NCBI GenBank assembly: GCA_029856365.1
Contig: JAHQWW010000001.1
Location: forward strand, 90,568-154,567
Length of the DNA: 64,000 nt
Direction: 5' to 3'
Source of the DNA: Candidatus Hodarchaeota archaeon
Lineage (GTDB): Archaea > Asgardarchaeota > Heimdallarchaeia > Hodarchaeales > Hodarchaeaceae
Shown: one piece after another, positions 61,094-64,000 of the stretch
Numbering within the stretch: position 1 is the first letter of the stretch
Layout of the letters: the number at the start of each line of letters is the position of its first letter
Notes under the pieces: generated by a model
The model's input: the letters and a program-made list of their open reading frames with translations, nothing else
The model's database searches: none
What the model was told of the DNA's origin: nothing
Position numbers and translations under genes: made by a program

Positions 61094-63598
61094 ATGAGTA
61101 GTAACATAAAGTCGACTCCCATTGAAAGAACAATGTCAAAGAGTTACCTGGAGTATTCTATGTCAGTCATTACCAGCAGGGCTTTGCCACATGTTCGAGA
61201 CGGCCTTAAACCCGTCCACCGCCGCATTTTATGGGCTATGCATAATTTAGGCTTAGTACACAATAAACCTCCCCGAAAGTGTGCAAGAACTATAGGTGAA
61301 ACCCACGCCAAGTACCATCCTCATGGAGAAACAGCAGTATACGATGCTTTAGTAAGAATGGCTCAACCATTTTCTTTACGATACCCCTTAATACAGGGTC
61401 AGGGAAATTTTGGGAGCATGGATGGTCAGCTAGCAGCAGCTCAACGTTATACAGAGGCTCGTATGCGGAGAATTACTGAAGAACTCCTTAAAGACATCGA
61501 AAAAGATACAGTTGACTTTATGGATAATTTTGATGGGTTAGACAAAGAACCAGTTATCCTTCCTGCTAGAATTCCTAATCTTTTAATTAATGGTGTAATG
61601 GGTATTGCTGTCGGGATGGCGACATCAATGCCTCCACATAATCTCACTGAAGTGATAGATGGTGTTATTGCGACTATTCAAAATCCTAAGATTAGTATCA
61701 AAGAATTGATGCAATTCATTCCTGGTCCTGATTTTCCTACTGGGGGTGTTATATTTGGAACATCTGGTATTAAGCGAGCATATCATACTGGTAATGGGAA
61801 TGTTATTTTACGTGCAAAATACAAAGTTGTCGAAAAGAAAAATAAAACCCAAGTAATTGTAACAGAAGTTCCTTATCTTGTTAAACGTCAAGATACGGTT
61901 GAGCATCGAGGTTTAGTAGACATTATTGGACGGATGAAAGATTCAGGTAAGCTTCCTGAAATTGGTAGTGTTAAGAATGAGTCAAACCTTATTCATGGGA
62001 CTAGAATCGTAATCAATCTCAAAAAAGCAGCCAATCTTGACATAGTTTTGAATCGATTATTTAAATATACTCCTATGCAAATTTCCTACTCCATAAAAAA
62101 TATGGTACTCGTAGATGCTCGTGTGGGTGATGAAACTCGTTTTAGGCCTAAGAGATTGAATTTGAAAGCTTTAATCACTCAATTCATTGATCATAGATAT
62201 GAGATTGTCGTTCGTCGAACTAAATTCGAGCTCAGAAAAGCCTTAGAACGCGCTCATATTCTCGAAGGACGAAAAATTGTCATAGAAAACCTTGATGAAA
62301 TTTTAGCAGTGATCCGAGGGTCTGAGACTGGAGCTGAAGCTCAAAAATTACTGATAGATAAATTTCAACTCTCAGAAATTCAAGCTAAAGATATTCTTTC
62401 ACTTCCTTTACGGAGCTTGACACGTTTCGATAGGCAGAAAATCATTAAAGAACATGAAGAAGTATTAAAGGCCATTCAGAATTATCAAGAGATCTTGAAA
62501 AGCAAAAATCGTATTTTTAATATAATTACCGAGGAACTAGAAGAGATTAAAAAGAAATATGGTGATGAACGCCGAACAGAGATCTTGAGAGACGATTCTG
62601 AGGGATTTCAAGATTGGAACGGGAAAACAGAGGAAGATTTCATTCCCAAGGAAGATATCGTCGTCACTCTTACTCAAGATGGATATATTAAATCAATTTC
62701 TGCTGAAGCTTATACAGCCCAACATCGAGGAGGGAAAGGGATCAAATCAATGGAGATTGGTAAAGATGATTTTCTAAAAGAAATGATTATCGCATCAACT
62801 CATGATAGTATTCTTTTCTTTTCAGTCAAAGGGAGAGTCTTCACAGTTCGTGGGTATCAAATCCCACTATCAAAACAACGGGTCACAAAAGGAATCAATA
62901 TTGTTAATCTAATAAAAATAGAGAAAGATGATGAACTTGAAACAATGATCCCAGTCTCTGAATTTGATGAGAATCATTTTTTGGTTTTAGCAACTAAAAA
63001 TGGACTCGTTAAAAAAACTCCACTTGGAGACTATGCAAATATACGTTCTACAGGTATCATAGCTATTCAGCTTAGAGATTTGGATATGATTGTTGGTGTC
63101 AAAGTCACTGATGGAACCAAAGATATCATGTTAGCTACTCAAAAAGGTAAGGCGATACGCTTTTCTGAAGAGGAAGTACGTGCTGTTGGACGAAGTAGTA
63201 TCGGGGTATTAGGAATACAATTAAGACCAAATGACTCGGTAGTGGATATGGCAATTGTTGATGAGAAAAAGACATTATTAACAGTATGCGAAAATGGTTA
63301 TGGTAAGCGAACCAATTTCAATCGGTACCGGGTCACTCGACGAAATGGAAAAGGTGTAATAAATATTAAAACAAAAAGAAGAAATGGTAACGTTATTGCC
63401 GTGAAAAGTGTTGCAAGCACAGATTATTTACTGTTAGTTGCGAGTGATGGAAAATTAATTCAGATGCCAATCAAAGATATCAGGACTATTGGGAGATCTA
63501 CTTCTGGTGTGACATTGATGAGGCTAGACAAAAGCAAGGGGGTTACGATCACTTCTATTGCTATTCTTACAGAAGAAAAAAATGGTGGAAATGAATAA
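61094..63598 (+). CDS. gyrA: DNA gyrase subunit A
   Basis: DGLKPVHRR, YHPHG, AAQRYTE; GyrA-box QHRGGKG and beta-pinwheel repeats. Confidence 0.97.
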   Translation: MSSNIKSTPIERTMSKSYLEYSMSVITSRALPHVRDGLKPVHRRILWAMHNLGLVHNKPPRKCARTIGETHAKYHPHGETAVYDALVRMAQPFSLRYPLIQGQGNFGSMDGQLAAAQRYTEARMRRITEELLKDIEKDTVDFMDNFDGLDKEPVILPARIPNLLINGVMGIAVGMATSMPPHNLTEVIDGVIATIQNPKISIKELMQFIPGPDFPTGGVIFGTSGIKRAYHTGNGNVILRAKYKVVEKKNKTQVIVTEVPYLVKRQDTVEHRGLVDIIGRMKDSGKLPEIGSVKNESNLIHGTRIVINLKKAANLDIVLNRLFKYTPMQISYSIKNMVLVDARVGDETRFRPKRLNLKALITQFIDHRYEIVVRRTKFELRKALERAHILEGRKIVIENLDEILAVIRGSETGAEAQKLLIDKFQLSEIQAKDILSLPLRSLTRFDRQKIIKEHEEVLKAIQNYQEILKSKNRIFNIITEELEEIKKKYGDERRTEILRDDSEGFQDWNGKTEEDFIPKEDIVVTLTQDGYIKSISAEAYTAQHRGGKGIKSMEIGKDDFLKEMIIASTHDSILFFSVKGRVFTVRGYQIPLSKQRVTKGINIVNLIKIEKDDELETMIPVSEFDENHFLVLATKNGLVKKTPLGDYANIRSTGIIAIQLRDLDMIVGVKVTDGTKDIMLATQKGKAIRFSEEEVRAVGRSSIGVLGIQLRPNDSVVDMAIVDEKKTLLTVCENGYGKRTNFNRYRVTRRNGKGVINIKTKRRNGNVIAVKSVASTDYLLLVASDGKLIQMPIKDIRTIGRSTSGVTLMRLDKSKGVTITSIAILTEEKNGGNE

Positions 63599-64000
63599 TG
63601 ACTAAGGCTGCTAAAACCCAGAAAGCTACAAGAGAAAAAGTCGTACGCAGATCTGCAGCCGATTTCTTTCAGGACAATAAAGCTATTGCTGGTTTTGACA
63701 ATACAATGCGGGTTGTTTTTACCAGTGTGCGAGAATTAGTTGAGAATGGATTAGATGCAGCTGAAAGAATTGGGAACTTACCAGAAATACATGTCAAAAT
63801 ACAACGATTGGAAAAAGAAGAAATTACTAAATTATTGAACATTAGTTCATTTGAATCAGTAGAGAAACTTGATTTCCTTAGATTAACAGTTAAAGATAAT
63901 GGGAGTGGGGTCCAAAGTGAATTCGTACCACCATTGTTTGGTAGAGTATTAACAGGAAGTAACTATGGAGCTCGCCAATCACGGGGCCGGTTTGGCCTCG
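63598..64000 (+). CDS. top6B: DNA topoisomerase VI subunit B, truncated by the window edge
   Basis: Manual translation: SAADFFQDNKAIAGFDN...RELVENGLDA...DNGSG...FGRVLTGS...QSRGRFGL; TAATG overlap with gyrA. Confidence 0.92.
   Translation, partial: MTKAAKTQKATREKVVRRSAADFFQDNKAIAGFDNTMRVVFTSVRELVENGLDAAERIGNLPEIHVKIQRLEKEEITKLLNISSFESVEKLDFLRLTVKDNGSGVQSEFVPPLFGRVLTGSNYGARQSRGRFGL

Overview
An AT-rich, gene-dense archaeal chromosomal segment, most likely from an Asgard (Heimdall/Hodarchaeales-like) archaeon. The evidence is archaeal information genes (top6B, AlaX-M, HemK2, a CdrS-like RHH protein), bacterial-type gyrB-gyrA and metK, a Rab-like small GTPase near a longin-like protein, a Heimdall/PGF-CTERM-like anchor and frequent TTG starts. 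In order, the window holds: a BMP-MTAP-MetK block; a Cu+ P1B ATPase preceded by a free-standing copy of its own unusual Cys/His N-terminal domain; a degenerate PEP-synthase-like domain; an AAA-wHTH protein; four unrelated orphan DNA methyltransferases with no restriction enzyme, one ending in a PIP-box-like motif; a low-coding zone (about 20.7-24.7 kb) with gene debris and a short repeat array; transport and redox genes; a three-gene Sph-like SMC-related operon; a GTPase/longin-like locus; a putative 2-TM RCK channel with a soluble RCK paralog; and gyrB-gyrA-top6B. I saw no rRNA, tRNA, CRISPR array or transposase. All calls come from motif reading by eye; no database searches were run.
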